The translations under genes and the position numbers were made by a program. From the NCBI GenBank assembly GCA_964461715.1, contig CAYWVR010000005.1:3717-67716 (forward strand): a stretch of DNA of 64,000 bases, read 5' to 3'. Position 1 is the first letter of the stretch. Each line of letters opens with the position of its first letter. Source of the stretch: an uncultured Anaerolineales bacterium (GTDB taxonomy: Bacteria; Planctomycetota; Phycisphaerae; FEN-1346). This document shows positions 9,170 to 19,479 of the stretch, piece after piece. The notes beneath the pieces are model-generated. The model was not told the DNA's origin. It did not search any database and was given only the letters and a program-made list of their open reading frames with translations.

Positions 9170-12100
9170 GGGTCTGGACCTTCATTCGTCGGAGCCTCGC
9201 CTTCTACTGGCGAACGCACCTCGGTGTGCTGGCCGGGGCCGCCGTCGCGACGACGATCCTGGTGGGTGGTTTGGTGATCGGCGACTCGGTCCGCTACAGT
9301 CTGAAGCGGATGGCCATGGCCCGGCTGCGAGAGGTGCAGACGGCCCTGGTGATGCGGGACCGGTTCTTCGCGGCGCCCGCGGAGGGCGAGGGGTCGGGCC
9401 TCGCGGGTCGCATGAGCGACGCCCTCGGCGCCCCTGCGGCGCCCGTCCTCCAGCTGCCCGGCTCGGCCTCGGCGGACGGGGGCAAGGTGCGGCTTAATCG
9501 CGTCGAGGTGCTGGGCGTGGACGCGCGGTTCTGGCGGCTGGGCGGGACGGACCCCGTGGCGCCGGCCGAGGACGAGGCGGTGCTCAATCGCCGCGCGGCC
9601 TTCCGCCTGGGGGCCGAGGTCGGCGATCTGGTGCTCCTTCGCGTCGAAAAACCGAGCGCCTTGCCCCGCGATGCCCCCATGGGCTCGGAGGCCGACGCGA
9701 CCGTCGCCTTCCGCGTGAAGGTGGTCGCGGTGGCGGACGACCAGGCGTTCGGCCGCTTCAGCCTCCGCGCGAACCAGATGCCCCCCGACAACGTCTTCGT
9801 CCGCCTCGCGGACCTCCAGGGGCGGGTGGGCCTGGAAGGCCGGGCCAACGTCCTCCTGGTCGGAGGCGCCGGCGAGGGCATGATGACGGCCGAGCGGGCC
9901 GACGGGGCCTTGGCCGACGTCTGGACACTGGACGACGCCCAGCTTACGGTCCGGGCGGTGCCCGAGCAGCCGCTCCTGGAGCTCCGCTCCGGCCGCCTCT
10001 TCATCGACGAGGCCGTCGCCCGCGCCGCCGAAGGGGCGGGTCCGCGGCCGATCGGCGTTCTGACGTACTTCGTTAACGAGCTGCGCGTCGGCGACCGCGC
10101 GACGCCCTACTCGATGGTCACGGCCCTCGGGCCGATGACGGGCGCCGCCGAGACCATTGTCCCCGCCGATATGGCCGACGACGAGATCATCCTCTCGACG
10201 TGGACCGCCGCGGATCTCGGGGCCGAGGTCGGCGATGAGTTGACGCTCACGTATTTCGTCCTCGCCCCCATGGGCCGCCTCCAGACGGCGAGCACGAGGT
10301 TCCGGGTGCGGGCTGTCCTGGATTTGTCGGACCCCGCGTGGGACTCGACGCTTATGCCCCCGTTCCCGGGCCTCGCGGAGCAGGAGAATTGCCGCGACTG
10401 GGAGCCCGGCGTGCCCATCGACGTCAAACGGATTCGCGAGAAGGATGAGGCCTACTGGGACGCCCACCGCGGGACGCCAAAGGCCTTCGTGACCCTCGCC
10501 GCCGGGCAGCGGATGTGGTCGAACCGGTACGGGAAGCTGACGGCCGTGCGGTACCCGGCCGAGGGGCCGGTCGAGGCGCTGCGTTCCACGCTCAAGGAGC
10601 GCCTGGGCCCGGCCCCCGCGGGCCTTTTCTTCCGGCCGGTGCGGGAGCAGGCCCGGCGGGCGACCCAAGGGCAGCCGGTCGACTTCGGCCAGCTCTTCCT
10701 CGGGCTTTCGATGTTCCTTCTGTTCGCGGCGGTCATCCTGATGGCCCTCCTGTTCGCGTTCGGCATCGAGCAGCGGGGCGAGGAGGTAGGCACACTCCTG
10801 GCCGTCGGCCTCGAGCCGAAGCGTGTGCGGCGAATGCTCCTGGCGGAGGGGACGGTTTTGGCGGCGGTGGGGTCGGCGGCGGGCCTGGCGGGCGGCCTCG
10901 CATACACGCGGCTCATGCTCCATCTCCTCAGCACCGTCTGGGCCGGTGCGGTGGGCGGCACGAGCCTCTGGTTCCACGCCTCGCCGGTGACGGTGGCCGT
11001 CGGGACGCTGAGCGGCATCGTGGTGGCGGTCATCGCCATGGCCCTGGCGCTGCGGCGGCAGGGGCGGCGGCCGGCGCGGGAGCTCCTGGCGGGCGGGTCG
11101 GCCCTCTCGACGGCGGCGGGCGGCGGGAGGCGGCGGGGGGTCATCGCGGCCGGTCTGGGCGTCCTGGCCTTCGCGGGGGCGGGGGCGATGGTCGCCGCGG
11201 CCCTCATCATGGCTGGAGACGCGGCCACGGGGGCATTCTTCGGGGCCGGGGGGCTGCTGCTCCTGGGAGGGCTGGCGCTGGGGTATGCGCTGCTCGTGCG
11301 GCTCGACGTGGGGGCCGGGCGGCCGCTTAGCGTGGGGCGAATGGGCCTTCGCAACGCGACGCGCCGCCGCGGCCGGAGCCTCGCGACGATTGCGCTCCTC
11401 GCGTGCGGCAGTTTCATGGTCGTCGCCGTGGGCGCGAACCGCAAAAGCGCCCTCAAGGACGCCCGCGGGCGGGCCTCCGGTACCGGCGGCTTCGCCCTCT
11501 ACGCTGAAGCCACGGTGCCCGTCTACCGCGACCTCAACGACCCGGACGTCCGCGAGGACCGAAACCTCGACGGACCGGAGATGGCCGATGTGGCCTTCGT
11601 CCCCATGCGTGTCCGCGAGGGCGACGAAGCCAGCTGCCTGAACCTGAACCGTCCCCAGCAGCCCCGCCTCGTGGGGCTGCCCTACGGGGCCCTCTCGCAG
11701 CGCGGGGCCTTCCGCTTTGCGAGCACCCTCGAAGGCCGGGCCGCCGAGGATCCCTGGCAGCTCCTGGAATGGCAGCCCGGGGACGGACCCGTGCCAGCCA
11801 TCGTCGATTTCGCCACCCTCAAGTGGTCGCTGGCGAAGGAGCTGGGCGAGACGCTCGAGTACGTCGACGGGAACGGCCGCCCGTTCAAGGTGCGGCTGGT
11901 CGGGGCCCTCGGGGCGTCGGTCCTCCAGGGAAGCGTCTTCATCAGCGAGGACGCGTTCCTCGCGAAGTACCCCTCGGCGGGCGGGTACCGCATGTTCCTC
12001 ATCGACGCCCCGTGGGACCGCCGCACCGAGGTCGCGCGGCAGCTGATCCGGTCGCTTCGGGCCGAGGGCATCGACGTCGTCGCGACGACCGACCGGCTGG

Positions 12101-12504
12101 CCGCGTTCTTCAACCTGGAGAACACGTACCTCTCCATCTTCCAGCTTCTGGGTGGCCTGGGGATGCTCCTGGGGAGCGTGGGGTTGGGCCTGGTGGTCCT
12201 TCGCAACGTCCTGGAGCGGCGGGGGGAGCTGGCCCTGATGCGGGCCGTCGGGTACGGGCGGCGCGAGCTGGCGTGGCTCGTCCTCTCGGAGCACTGGCTG
12301 CTGCTGGGGCTGGGTCTCGTGGTGGGCGTGCTGGCCGCGCTGGTGGCCGTCGCGCCGACGCTGGCCGCCGCGGGAGCGGACTTGCCGGCCGTCAGCCTGA
12401 CGGTGACGCTGGCCGCGGTGCTGGCAAGCGGCGTCGTATGGACCGCCGGGGCCGCGGGATGGGCCCTCAAGGGTCCCCTGATGGACGCGCTCCGGAACGA
12501 ATGA
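9166..12504 (+). CDS. ABC transporter permease, duplicated FtsX/MacB-like with large periplasmic domains (1112 aa)
   Basis: Two 4-TM FtsX-like bundles (around aa 520-640 and 990-1110), each preceded by a large hydrophilic (periplasmic) domain. Translationally coupled to the ATPase. Confidence 0.8.
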   Translation: MRVWTFIRRSLAFYWRTHLGVLAGAAVATTILVGGLVIGDSVRYSLKRMAMARLREVQTALVMRDRFFAAPAEGEGSGLAGRMSDALGAPAAPVLQLPGSASADGGKVRLNRVEVLGVDARFWRLGGTDPVAPAEDEAVLNRRAAFRLGAEVGDLVLLRVEKPSALPRDAPMGSEADATVAFRVKVVAVADDQAFGRFSLRANQMPPDNVFVRLADLQGRVGLEGRANVLLVGGAGEGMMTAERADGALADVWTLDDAQLTVRAVPEQPLLELRSGRLFIDEAVARAAEGAGPRPIGVLTYFVNELRVGDRATPYSMVTALGPMTGAAETIVPADMADDEIILSTWTAADLGAEVGDELTLTYFVLAPMGRLQTASTRFRVRAVLDLSDPAWDSTLMPPFPGLAEQENCRDWEPGVPIDVKRIREKDEAYWDAHRGTPKAFVTLAAGQRMWSNRYGKLTAVRYPAEGPVEALRSTLKERLGPAPAGLFFRPVREQARRATQGQPVDFGQLFLGLSMFLLFAAVILMALLFAFGIEQRGEEVGTLLAVGLEPKRVRRMLLAEGTVLAAVGSAAGLAGGLAYTRLMLHLLSTVWAGAVGGTSLWFHASPVTVAVGTLSGIVVAVIAMALALRRQGRRPARELLAGGSALSTAAGGGRRRGVIAAGLGVLAFAGAGAMVAAALIMAGDAATGAFFGAGGLLLLGGLALGYALLVRLDVGAGRPLSVGRMGLRNATRRRGRSLATIALLACGSFMVVAVGANRKSALKDARGRASGTGGFALYAEATVPVYRDLNDPDVREDRNLDGPEMADVAFVPMRVREGDEASCLNLNRPQQPRLVGLPYGALSQRGAFRFASTLEGRAAEDPWQLLEWQPGDGPVPAIVDFATLKWSLAKELGETLEYVDGNGRPFKVRLVGALGASVLQGSVFISEDAFLAKYPSAGGYRMFLIDAPWDRRTEVARQLIRSLRAEGIDVVATTDRLAAFFNLENTYLSIFQLLGGLGMLLGSVGLGLVVLRNVLERRGELALMRAVGYGRRELAWLVLSEHWLLLGLGLVVGVLAALVAVAPTLAAAGADLPAVSLTVTLAAVLASGVVWTAGAAGWALKGPLMDALRNE

Positions 12505-12558
12505 CACGTATCCTATGCCCGCCAGGGGGGTTGGATATTCGGAGGCCCCGCGCGTAGA

Positions 12559-14439
12559 ATGGGACGCTTCGCCGTGAAGCTGTCCACGGAGAGTGTGTCG
12601 ATGCTCCGAAAAGGGATTCCGATAGGGACCGCCGTCGTCTGCGTCCTGCTGCTGGGGTGGCTCCTCAGCACGGGGTCGGCGTACGACATCGCCCGACGGC
12701 TTCCCGGGGCCGATCGGGTCACCGGGCAGACGGACGGGGCGGCGGGGGTGGGCGGCCTGATCGCCTTCGCGGGTACCCCCAGCGACCTGCCGGGCCTCTG
12801 GCCCGCGTTTCGCGGGACGGACCTCTCGAACATTGCCGACGAGGCCGTGGCCCTGGCCCGCGAGTGGCCCCGGGAGGGGCCGCCGGTCCTCTGGCAGATT
12901 GAGGTCGGCGAGGGGCACGCGGGCGTGGCCGTCCGCGACGCGCGAGTGTACCTGCTGGACTACGATCCGCCGGAAATCTGGCTCTTCCGCCCGGACCATG
13001 TCAAGGAGGGGCAGTGGCCCGCCCTGATCGCGCGGCTGTTCGAGGGCCGAGACGCCGTCGGCACGCCCGTCGGGCGCCTGTGGAGCCGCCTGCCGGCCGA
13101 GGTGCAGATGTCGTTCGAGATGCTGCCCGAAGGCGGCGAGCCGGACGAGGCCATGCAGGCGTCCATCCTCGAAGCTCTGGATACGGTCCTCGACCAGCGC
13201 GACTTCTGGGACCCGGAGGTCTTCGCCCCCATGGAGGAGAATTTGACGGGCGAGACCCGGCGGCTCATCGGCAACATTACCGCCCCCGGGGCCGAGGAGG
13301 CCACCAGCGCCAAGGAGGAGGGAAACCCCCGCGAGGTGCGCCGCGCCAACCGCATCCTCCTCGAGCGCATCCTCGGGGACGCCATCCGCCGGGTCCGCCA
13401 CGGCGACGTCCTGCGGTGCCTGTCCCTGGCGGACGGGTCGGACCTCTGGTGGTACCATTATCCCGTCAAGGTCAAGCGGAACCACGGCATGAGCCGCACG
13501 GTCCCCGCGGTGACCGAGAAGTACATCGTCTCGCTGGGGCCCAAGTGCCACGTCACGTGCCTCCGCACCGAGACGGGCGAACGGCTCTGGGCGAAAGACC
13601 TTGTGCGCGAGTACGGCACCACCGTGCCGCCCTGGTACGCGGGCCAGTGTCCGCTGGTGGAGGGCGGGCGCGCGATCCTGGCTCCGGCGGGGCCGGATGT
13701 CCTGCTGGCGTCCGTCGACTGTGAGACGGGCAAGGTTCTCTGGGAGACGCCGAACCCGCGCACCTGGAAGATGACCCACGGCTCGGTCGTGCCCATGGAG
13801 GTCGCGGGGCGGCGGATGTACGTCTACAGCGCCTCGGGCGGCGTCGTGGGTGTCGACCCCGAGACGGGCGAGGTCCTCTGGGACACGTCCGAATGGCGCA
13901 TCCGCATCGCCAATGTCACAACGCCCGTCGTTCTGGACGAGGGCCGGCTCCTTCTGGCTGCGGGATACGGCTCCGGGGCGATGATGGTCCGCGTCTCGAA
14001 GGCGGCCGAGGGCTTCAAGGTCGAGTCGCTCTGGAAGGTGGGCCCGAAGGTCTTCGGGGCGAGCCAGCACACGCCCGTCTACTATGAGGGCCACCTCTAC
14101 GGCGTCGTGCCGCGCGAGGGCGGGGCCACCGCCGGGCAGCTCGCGTGCCTGGACTTGACGGGGAACGTCCTCTGGACGAGTGGGTCGGAGCACCGGTTCG
14201 GCCTCGGTCCGTTCCTGGTGGCCGACGGTCTGATCTACGTGATGGACGATTACGCCCGCATGACCGTGGCCGAGGCGACGCCGAAAGGCTACCGGCCGTT
14301 GGCCCGGGCCACGATCCTGGACCACGGGCACGATTCGTGGGGTCCGATGGCGGTGGCCGCCGGGCGGCTCTTGGCCCGCGATTACGACCGCCTCATCTGC
14401 CTGGACGTCCGCGACCCGGCCTCGACGGGGGCGAAATGA
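12559..14439 (+). CDS. PQQ-like beta-propeller repeat protein, N-terminal membrane anchor
   Basis: N-terminal TM helix (GTAVVCVLLLGWLLS). PQQ-type blades in the C-terminal two thirds (RVYLLDYD, LWWYHYPV, YVYSASGGVVGVDPETGEVLW, LIYVMDD). Confidence 0.8.
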   Translation: MGRFAVKLSTESVSMLRKGIPIGTAVVCVLLLGWLLSTGSAYDIARRLPGADRVTGQTDGAAGVGGLIAFAGTPSDLPGLWPAFRGTDLSNIADEAVALAREWPREGPPVLWQIEVGEGHAGVAVRDARVYLLDYDPPEIWLFRPDHVKEGQWPALIARLFEGRDAVGTPVGRLWSRLPAEVQMSFEMLPEGGEPDEAMQASILEALDTVLDQRDFWDPEVFAPMEENLTGETRRLIGNITAPGAEEATSAKEEGNPREVRRANRILLERILGDAIRRVRHGDVLRCLSLADGSDLWWYHYPVKVKRNHGMSRTVPAVTEKYIVSLGPKCHVTCLRTETGERLWAKDLVREYGTTVPPWYAGQCPLVEGGRAILAPAGPDVLLASVDCETGKVLWETPNPRTWKMTHGSVVPMEVAGRRMYVYSASGGVVGVDPETGEVLWDTSEWRIRIANVTTPVVLDEGRLLLAAGYGSGAMMVRVSKAAEGFKVESLWKVGPKVFGASQHTPVYYEGHLYGVVPREGGATAGQLACLDLTGNVLWTSGSEHRFGLGPFLVADGLIYVMDDYARMTVAEATPKGYRPLARATILDHGHDSWGPMAVAAGRLLARDYDRLICLDVRDPASTGAK

Positions 14440-15455
14440 TGCCGCGACAGATGCTCCATCCCGCGCTTCTCGTGCTCCCGGCGCTCGCGGCCCTCGTGGC
14501 CGGCTGCGCCGACGATGGCGACCCGAAGGGCGCCTACCTCGGCGACGAGTGGAGGTATGACCTCGACGAGTACCGCAAGGTCGACCCGGCCCTGATCGGC
14601 TACGAGGAGACCGCGGCGGTCGCCACGGGCCTCCACCAAGTCCGGGGTGTGGCCGTCGGACCCGGAGGCCGGACGTGGGTCGTCGGCGACCGGAAGATCG
14701 TCGCCCTTGGCGAGGAGGGGGCCGTCGAGGTCGAGATCGCGACCTCCGGCGAGCCGCGCTGCGTCACCGTCGCCCCGGACGGGACGGTCTACGCGGCCCT
14801 GCGTGAGCGGCCCGAGGGGGCCGTCCGCGACCACGTCGAGGTTTACGCCCCGGACGGGGCGAAGCGGGCGTCCTGGGAGCCCCTCAGCCCGAAGGGACGC
14901 ATCACGAGCCTCGCCGCGACCGTGGCCGACGTCTTCGTCGCCGACGCGGGCCGGCGGATCGTCATCCATTTCGGCGCCGACGGGAAGAGCGTGACCGAGA
15001 TCGGGCGGCGCGAGGCCCCGGATGACGACCCCGTGTTCCTGGTCCCCAGCCCGTACTTCGACGTGGCCGTCGAGGGGGGCGGCGTGCTCTGGGTCGCGAA
15101 CCCGGGGAAGTGGCAGGTCGAGGCGTACGGTTTCGACGGATGCCGCGGGTTTGCCTGGGGCCGCGCAGGCACCGACATCGAGGGCTTCTGTGGGTGCTGC
15201 AACCCGGCCCAGTTCGCCCTGACCCCCACGGGCGGGTTCGTGACGGCCGAGAAGGGCTTGGTGCGGGTCAAGGAATACGACCCGGACGGGAACCTCGTGT
15301 GCGTGGTGGCCCCGCCGGCGGCGTTCGGCGACGACGCCCGCGTGGACGTGGCCGTCGACGCCGAGGGACGCGTCCTGGTGCTCGACCCCAAGACGGCCCG
15401 CATCCGCGTATTCGAGAAGATAGCCGGCTTCGAACGCCCGGGAGAGACGCGATGA
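14436..15455 (+). CDS. NHL-repeat-like beta-propeller lipoprotein
   Basis: Lipoprotein signal (LVLPALAALVAGC). Repeated V-A/T-V-A-P-D-G-x-V-Y/F-V-A-D NHL-like blades. CGCCNP Cys cluster. Start ATGATG overlaps the upstream stop (14436-14441). Confidence 0.6.
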   Translation: MMPRQMLHPALLVLPALAALVAGCADDGDPKGAYLGDEWRYDLDEYRKVDPALIGYEETAAVATGLHQVRGVAVGPGGRTWVVGDRKIVALGEEGAVEVEIATSGEPRCVTVAPDGTVYAALRERPEGAVRDHVEVYAPDGAKRASWEPLSPKGRITSLAATVADVFVADAGRRIVIHFGADGKSVTEIGRREAPDDDPVFLVPSPYFDVAVEGGGVLWVANPGKWQVEAYGFDGCRGFAWGRAGTDIEGFCGCCNPAQFALTPTGGFVTAEKGLVRVKEYDPDGNLVCVVAPPAAFGDDARVDVAVDAEGRVLVLDPKTARIRVFEKIAGFERPGETR

Positions 15456-15691
15456 CCTCTTTATCGAAGGACGAAGGTGAGCGGCGCGGGTTCCTCCGCG
15501 GCGTCCTGCGCGCGGCCGCGCTGGCGGTCGCGGGCGCGGCGGGCGGGATTCTGGGGGCACGGACCCTCGTCCCGGGCGAGGGTGGTGAGACCTGCCGGCG
15601 CGACGACGGATGGTGCCGCCGCTGCCGCCTGATCAGCGACTGCCGTCTGCCCAAGGCCCAGTCGGCCCGGCGGGTGCTCGGGGAGAAATGA
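15452..15691 (+). CDS. Small (79 aa) twin-arginine-signal protein with a C-x6-C-x2-C-x5-C motif
   Basis: RRGFLRGVLRAAALAVAGAAG is a TAT signal (RRxFLR). Mature part is about 45 aa with 4 Cys. ATGA overlap with the upstream stop and ATGA overlap with the downstream start. Confidence 0.5.
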   Translation: MTSLSKDEGERRGFLRGVLRAAALAVAGAAGGILGARTLVPGEGGETCRRDDGWCRRCRLISDCRLPKAQSARRVLGEK

Positions 15692-16269
15692 CCATGGCCG
15701 ACGCCAAGAATAAGATGATGACGCGACGGGCGATGCTGCGGCGAGGCCTGCTGGCCGGTGGCATCGTTGGGGTCGGCGGGACGGTCGCGACCTTGGCCGC
15801 CCGGGACGGCGAGACCGAGGAGATGGTCTGGCAACTCGACCCGGACAAGTGCACCCAGTGCGGCAAATGTGCGACGGAGTGCGTCCTGACTCCCTCGGCC
15901 GTCAAGTGCGTCCACGCCTACGCCATGTGCGGGTACTGCGACCTGTGCACCGGGTACTTCGAGCCCCAGCCGAATGAGCTGAATACCGGGGCCGAGAACC
16001 AGCTCTGTCCGGCCGGGGCCATCAAGCGGACCTTCGTCGAGGACCCTTATTACGAGTACAACATCGAAGAGGACCTCTGCATTGGCTGCGCGAAGTGCGT
16101 CGAGGGGTGCGAATCGTTCGGCAACGGCAGCCTGTTCCTTCAGGTGCGGCACGATCGGTGCCTGAACTGCAACACCTGTGCGATCGCGGCGGCGTGCCCG
16201 GCCCAGGCTTTCGAGCGGGTGCCGGCGAGTCAGGCCTACCTGCTTCGGGGGAGGGACGCCGAGTCGTGA
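15688..16269 (+). CDS. TAT-exported 4Fe-4S ferredoxin (NapG/MauM-like)
   Basis: TAT signal (TRRAMLRRGLLAGG) followed by four Cys clusters (CTQCGKCATEC, CGYCDLCTGY, CIGCAKCVEGC, CLNCNTCAIAAACP). Confidence 0.8.
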   Translation: MTMADAKNKMMTRRAMLRRGLLAGGIVGVGGTVATLAARDGETEEMVWQLDPDKCTQCGKCATECVLTPSAVKCVHAYAMCGYCDLCTGYFEPQPNELNTGAENQLCPAGAIKRTFVEDPYYEYNIEEDLCIGCAKCVEGCESFGNGSLFLQVRHDRCLNCNTCAIAAACPAQAFERVPASQAYLLRGRDAES

Positions 16270-17717
16270 TGCGCCTGCTCCTGCTGGTCCTGGTCGCCTC
16301 GCTCCTCGCGGGGGCGGCCGAGGGGGCCGAACGTTTCCCGCCGCCGGAGTTCGACTCCGGCTACCGGACGCCCGAGGTCGAGACCCCGGGCCGGTGGCAG
16401 ACCCTCTGGGACGCCCTTCCGGGCTACGTCGATGTGCTGGTCCTGGGCGCGGCCTTGGCGGTCGCCACGGCCGTGATCCTCGCCTGGCGGTCGCGGACGG
16501 CGGTCTTCATCGTGATGCTGGCGGCCCTGGCGTACTTCGGCTTCTGGCGGAAGGGGTGCGTCTGCCCCATCGGGGCCATCCAGAACGTGACGGAGGGCCT
16601 TGTCGGGACGATCATTGTGCCCGTTGCGGTCCTGTTCTTCTTCGGTCTGCCCATCGTGGCGACGCTCCTTTTCGGGCGGACCTTTTGCGGGGCCGTCTGC
16701 CCGCTCGGGGCCGTCCAGGACGCGGTGCTCATCAAGAACGTCCGTGTACCGCGCTGGCTGGAGCATTCGCTGGGCCTCCTGGCGTACGTCTACCTGGGGG
16801 CGGCGGTGCTGTTCGCGGCGACAGGGACGATGTACTTGATCTGCGAGTACGACCCGTTTGTCTCGCTCTTCCGCATCGTCGATATCAAGGGCACGCAGGC
16901 GACGGGCGGGATGGGCATTCTGTGGCTGACGGCGGGGTTCGTGGGCCTGTCGCTCTTCATCGGGCGGCCGTATTGCCGCTTCCTGTGCCCGTTGGGGGCG
17001 ATCTTTCGCGTCTGCGGGCGGGTCTCGTGGAAACGGACGACGGTCACCCCCTCCGAGTGCATCCAGTGTACCCTCTGCGAGGACGCCTGCCCCTTCGGGG
17101 CCATCCGGACGCCGACCGCTTCGCCGGGCGGCGCGTCGCGGACCGCCGGACGCCGCCGGCTGGCGCTGCTGCTGGCGGCGGTGCCGGTGTTGGTGATCGG
17201 GGGCGGAGCCCTGGGATGGTGGCTGGGCGAGCCGATGGCCCGGCTGCATCCGCGTCTGAAGGTGGCCGAGCGGGTCCGTCTCGAGCAGGCCGGCCTCGCC
17301 GAGGGAACCACCGACGAGTCCGATGCCTTCTACGAGACGGGTCGCAGCGTCGAATCGCTCTACGAGGAGGCGGCACAGGTCACACAACGGTTCGTTGGCG
17401 CCTGGCACCGGATGGAGATGACGCGGCGCGAGGATCGCATCCACAACCTCGTCGTGTGGGTGCCGGGGGCGGCGGTGTGGTTCGGGGCGTTCTGCGGCTT
17501 CGTGGTGGGCGGGAAGCTCGTGCACCTTTCGATCCGCCGCCGACGTGAGGACTTCGAGCCCGATCGGGCCACATGCCTCTCCTGCGGACGATGTTACGAA
17601 TACTGTCCCGTCGGCGCGGAGCGGGGGGCCGAGATCCGTGCCCAGCGCGGCGGGCGGCTGAAGTGCCCGCACGAGGATCTGCCTCACTTGAGCGAAGGCA
17701 AGGCGGCGAAGGACTAG
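16269..17717 (+). CDS. NapH/MauN-like integral-membrane polyferredoxin
   Basis: Signal/TM segments, conserved CPxG membrane-embedded motifs (GCVCPIGA, GAVCPLGA, CRFLCPLGA) and a C-terminal ferredoxin motif (CIQCTLCEDACP). Start ATG overlaps the upstream TGA (TGATG at 16267-16271). Confidence 0.8.
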   Translation: MRLLLLVLVASLLAGAAEGAERFPPPEFDSGYRTPEVETPGRWQTLWDALPGYVDVLVLGAALAVATAVILAWRSRTAVFIVMLAALAYFGFWRKGCVCPIGAIQNVTEGLVGTIIVPVAVLFFFGLPIVATLLFGRTFCGAVCPLGAVQDAVLIKNVRVPRWLEHSLGLLAYVYLGAAVLFAATGTMYLICEYDPFVSLFRIVDIKGTQATGGMGILWLTAGFVGLSLFIGRPYCRFLCPLGAIFRVCGRVSWKRTTVTPSECIQCTLCEDACPFGAIRTPTASPGGASRTAGRRRLALLLAAVPVLVIGGGALGWWLGEPMARLHPRLKVAERVRLEQAGLAEGTTDESDAFYETGRSVESLYEEAAQVTQRFVGAWHRMEMTRREDRIHNLVVWVPGAAVWFGAFCGFVVGGKLVHLSIRRRREDFEPDRATCLSCGRCYEYCPVGAERGAEIRAQRGGRLKCPHEDLPHLSEGKAAKD

Positions 17718-17720
17718 CGG

Positions 17721-19478
17721 ATGGCCCTCCGGCGCGGCAACCGAGCGTGGTATCGGACGGCGAAGGCGACCGCCATCGTCACCGGGCTCTTTACGCTCGT
17801 CGTGGCCGGCCTGCTCCTCTACAATCACACCCAGGTCCGCTACGCCGACCCGTCCGAGTCGGCCGAGCTCCAGGCCCTGCGGGCCGGCCTCCGAGCCGAT
17901 CCGCGCAACGAGGAGATCAAGGAGGAGTTTCGGTGGTTTGACCAGCAGCTCCGTTACGAGTACTTCAAGACGCAGACGATCCAGGAGCGGGGCATGATCC
18001 TGCTCCTGGGCGGCCTCATCGCCCTGGTTGTCTCCGCACGCTATGCCGCCCATTGCCGGAGGGAGATGCCGATGCCCAACCCCGACCGTCCGGATGCCGA
18101 CGCCGAGCGCCGCCAGGCCCGTGTCGCCCGGTGGAGCGTGGGGACGCTGGGCGTGGCGATGCTCGCGGGAGCCGTCGTCTGGGGCCTGGCGGGCGGGACG
18201 GGATGCTACGTCGAGGTCGTCGAGATCGCGGGGCAGGGCGAGGGCGACGGGAATGGCGAGAACGGTCCGGAGCCCGTGCCCGAGGCCGGGCCTCCCACGC
18301 CCGAGGAAATCGCCGCCCAGTGGCCCCGCTTCCGCGGGCCGACCGGCATGGGCATCGCGACGACGACCGACGTCCCCACCGAGTTCGACGGGGCCAAGGG
18401 CGAGGGGATCGCATGGAAGGTCGAGCTCGATCTCCCCGGCCACAGCAGCCCCGTCGTCTGGGGCGACCGTATCTTCCTCACGGGCGGGAACGCAGGAACC
18501 CGCGCGGTCTACTGCTATTCGACGGCCGACGGCACGCTCCTCTGGAAGACGCCCGTCTCCACACCACAGGGCGACGTGGCCGCGGTCGACATCTTTGAGG
18601 ACACGGGCTGGGCGGCCGCCACCCCCGCCACCGACGGACGCTACCTCTGTGCCATCTTCGCCAACAGTGATGTCGCGTGCCTCGACACCGAGGGCAAGGT
18701 CGTTTGGACCCGCCACCTGGGTGTCCCGCAGAACATGTACGGGATTGCCGCATCGCTGGCCATCGACGGCGACCGGCTGATCGTGCCCTTCGACCAGGGC
18801 CTGCGGGACGAGGGTCTCTCGCGGCTCCTGGCCCTCGACCTCAAGACCGGCGAGACCATCTGGGAGGCCCAGCGCGAGGTTGCCGCCTCCTGGTCGACGC
18901 CCGTCATCACGGAGACGACCGCCGGGCGGACGATTCTGACCACGGCGGCGCCTTTCGCCATGGCCCATGACCCCGAGACGGGGGCCGAGATCTGGCGCGC
19001 GAAGATCCTGGAGGGCGACGTCGCCGCCTCGCCCGTCTACGCCGACGGTCTCGTCTACGCGACCACCGTCGATTCCGACCTCTTCGCCATCCGCCCGGCC
19101 GGCAGCGGCGACGTGACGGACACCCACGTCGCGTGGCGCGGCGAGGGGTATATGCCCGATACGACCAGCCCCCTGACCGACGGCAAGCACCTTTGGGTCG
19201 TGACGACCGACGGCCTCCTCTCCTGCTACGACGCCAAGACCGGCGAGCAGCAGTACGAGCACGAGACGGAGATGGTCTTCAAGGGCTCCCCGACGCTGGT
19301 CGGAGACCGGATCATGCTCCTCTCGAACAAGGGCGTGCTGCTCGTCGCGGGGACGAGGCCGGAGTTCGAGGAACGGGGCCGAAGCGAGCTGGGCGAGCGA
19401 TCGAGCTGCTCCCCGGCCTTTCTGCCCGGACGCATCTACGTCCGGGGTCACACGCACCTGTACGCGATCGGGCAGTGA
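17721..19478 (+). CDS. PQQ-like beta-propeller repeat protein with two N-terminal TM helices
   Basis: Two hydrophobic helices in the first 110 aa, then PQQ blades (SSPVVWGDRIFLTGG, YCYSTADGTLLW, ALDLKTGETIW, LSCYDAKTGEQ). Starts 4 nt after the NapH-like stop. Confidence 0.8.
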   Translation: MALRRGNRAWYRTAKATAIVTGLFTLVVAGLLLYNHTQVRYADPSESAELQALRAGLRADPRNEEIKEEFRWFDQQLRYEYFKTQTIQERGMILLLGGLIALVVSARYAAHCRREMPMPNPDRPDADAERRQARVARWSVGTLGVAMLAGAVVWGLAGGTGCYVEVVEIAGQGEGDGNGENGPEPVPEAGPPTPEEIAAQWPRFRGPTGMGIATTTDVPTEFDGAKGEGIAWKVELDLPGHSSPVVWGDRIFLTGGNAGTRAVYCYSTADGTLLWKTPVSTPQGDVAAVDIFEDTGWAAATPATDGRYLCAIFANSDVACLDTEGKVVWTRHLGVPQNMYGIAASLAIDGDRLIVPFDQGLRDEGLSRLLALDLKTGETIWEAQREVAASWSTPVITETTAGRTILTTAAPFAMAHDPETGAEIWRAKILEGDVAASPVYADGLVYATTVDSDLFAIRPAGSGDVTDTHVAWRGEGYMPDTTSPLTDGKHLWVVTTDGLLSCYDAKTGEQQYEHETEMVFKGSPTLVGDRIMLLSNKGVLLVAGTRPEFEERGRSELGERSSCSPAFLPGRIYVRGHTHLYAIGQ

Positions 19479-19479
19479 C

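Noticed and set aside
8512..14331. 1939-aa minus-strand ORF antisense to the ABC transporter and propeller genes
   Set aside because: Arg/Gly/Pro/Ala-dominated low-complexity translation with no motifs. It overlaps three strongly supported + strand genes. Long stop-free antisense frames are expected at about 70% GC.
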